From positions 93,161,064 through 93,225,063 of the forward strand of contig NC_068982.1 in assembly GCF_001194135.2 (NCBI RefSeq): a DNA stretch of 64,000 nt, written 5' to 3'. Positions 62,893 through 64,000 of the stretch are shown piece after piece (positions within the stretch are counted from its first letter, which is position 1; each line of letters opens with the position of its first letter). A model generated the notes under the pieces. That model saw only the letters and a program-made list of their open reading frames with translations, was not told where the DNA came from and ran no database searches. The position numbers and the translations under genes are program-made. Source of the DNA: Octopus bimaculoides (Eukaryota).

Positions 62893-63004
62893 ACCACTAC
62901 ACATGTTTCGATACAACATAGATCCACATATATACAAGATTTAAATTTAAATTAAGTAACGGTTTATCTGTATAATTGGACCTAATTGTATCTCTTCAGA
63001 CGAT
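62893..63004 (-). ncRNA. Type I hammerhead ribozyme motif with extended stem II loop
   Basis: AUCGU-CUGAAGA-GAUACAA(loop)UUGUAUC-GAAAC-AUGU-GUA-GUGGU. Intact core, 7-bp stem II, GUA triplet, stem I rich in G-U pairs. Confidence 0.7.
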
Positions 63005-63072
63005 ATAAAATCGCTGTCTCCGTAAGTCAGTGTTTAATTTCGATGCTCTTACATCCAACTTGCTCCGTTAAT

Positions 63073-63184
63073 ATCACCCGAAGACATGCAACTAGGTCCA
63101 ATTATACAGGTAGACCGTTACTTAATTTAAATTCAGATCCTGTATATATGAGGATCTATGTTGTATCGAAACATGTGTAGTGGT
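63073..63184 (+). ncRNA. Mutated partner hammerhead motif
   Basis: AUCAC-CCGAAGA-CAUGCAAC...GUUGUAUC-GAAAC-AUGU-GUA-GUGGU. U4>C and G10.1>C changes; stem I well paired. Confidence 0.55.
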
Positions 63185-63860
63185 CATTAAACAACTGTCG
63201 AATCGTACTTCCTCCTCCTTTTGACTCTTCCTTTCCTTTTTATTTTTCACACACGAGGAATGCCTAAGCCTAGAATTGGTAGTATACCATAATACTGCCG
63301 GGTATCTGGTAATTCTAAGGGTGAAGAGCTCTATTTAGTACTCTAATACGTTCTTAACGGAATACACCACAACATATATATATATATATATATANNNNNN
63401 NNNNNNNNNNNNNNNNNNNNNNNNNNNNNNNNNNNNNNNNNNNNNNNNNNNNNNNNNNNNNNNNNNNNNNNNNNNNNNNNNNNNNNNNNNNNNNNNNNNN
63501 NNNNNNNNNNNNNNNNNNNNNNNNNNNNNNNNNNNNNNNNNNNNNNNNNNNNNNNNNNNNNNNNNNNNNNNNNNNNNNNNNNNNNNNNNNNNNNNNNNNN
63601 NNNNNNNNNNNNNNNNNNNNNNNNNNNNNNNNNNNNNNNNNNNNNNNNNNNNNNNNNNNNNNNNNNNNNNNNNNNNNNNNNNNNNNNNNNNNNNNNNNNN
63701 NNNNNNNNNNNNNNNNNNNNNNNNNNNNNNNNNNNNNNNNNNNNNNNNNNNNNNNNNNNNNNNNNNNNNNNNNNNNNNNNNNNNNNNNNNNNNNNNNNNN
63801 NNNNNNNNNNNNNNNNNNNNNNCACACACATACACAAACACAAACATACACAAACATATA

Positions 63861-63898
<38 letters not shown>

Positions 63899-63939
63899 AG
63901 TATGTATATGTGTGTGTGTATGTGTGCGTGAGTATGTAT

Positions 63940-63973
<34 letters not shown>

Positions 63974-64000
63974 TAAAGAGAGAGAGAGAGAGACAGAGAG

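Larger units (their letters stand above)
62850..63227. mobile_element. Head-to-head inverted pair (~155-bp arms, ~65-bp spacer) of an HHR-bearing PLE-like terminal repeat
   Basis: 62850-63004 is the reverse complement of 63073-63227 with scattered mismatches. Confidence 0.85.

Overview
AT-rich animal genomic DNA from a gapped scaffold. It has 10 N-gaps, nearly all flanked by microsatellites. The repeat families look like those of Octopus (inferred from memory of SINE sequences, not checked by search). I found no convincing host protein-coding exon, and the long ORFs in the track are N-gap or microsatellite artefacts or TE remnants. The window is almost entirely decayed mobile DNA: four tRNA-derived SINE families; eight R4/Dong-like restriction-endonuclease (RLE) LINE fragments, most at (TAA)n tracts; CRE-like and HERO-like RLE fragments; RTE, CR1/L2-like and Tx1/L1 LINE remnants; a Penelope-like element (PLE) with GIY-YIG endonuclease; two Chapaev3 transposase remnants; Tc1, mariner, maT, Tigger and MULE remnants; a probable LTR; and fold-back MITEs. 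The most interesting signal is a set of non-coding elements carrying type I hammerhead ribozyme (HHR) motifs, repeatedly arranged as head-to-head inverted dimers. One is a tRNA-headed SINE with an HHR tail, present as a 514-bp palindromic dimer flanked by an 18-bp direct repeat (21444-21993). Also notable is an apparent ORF1-only (HAL1-like) L1/Tx1 element fused to a SINE tRNA head. All calls come from manual reading and translation; no database search was run.
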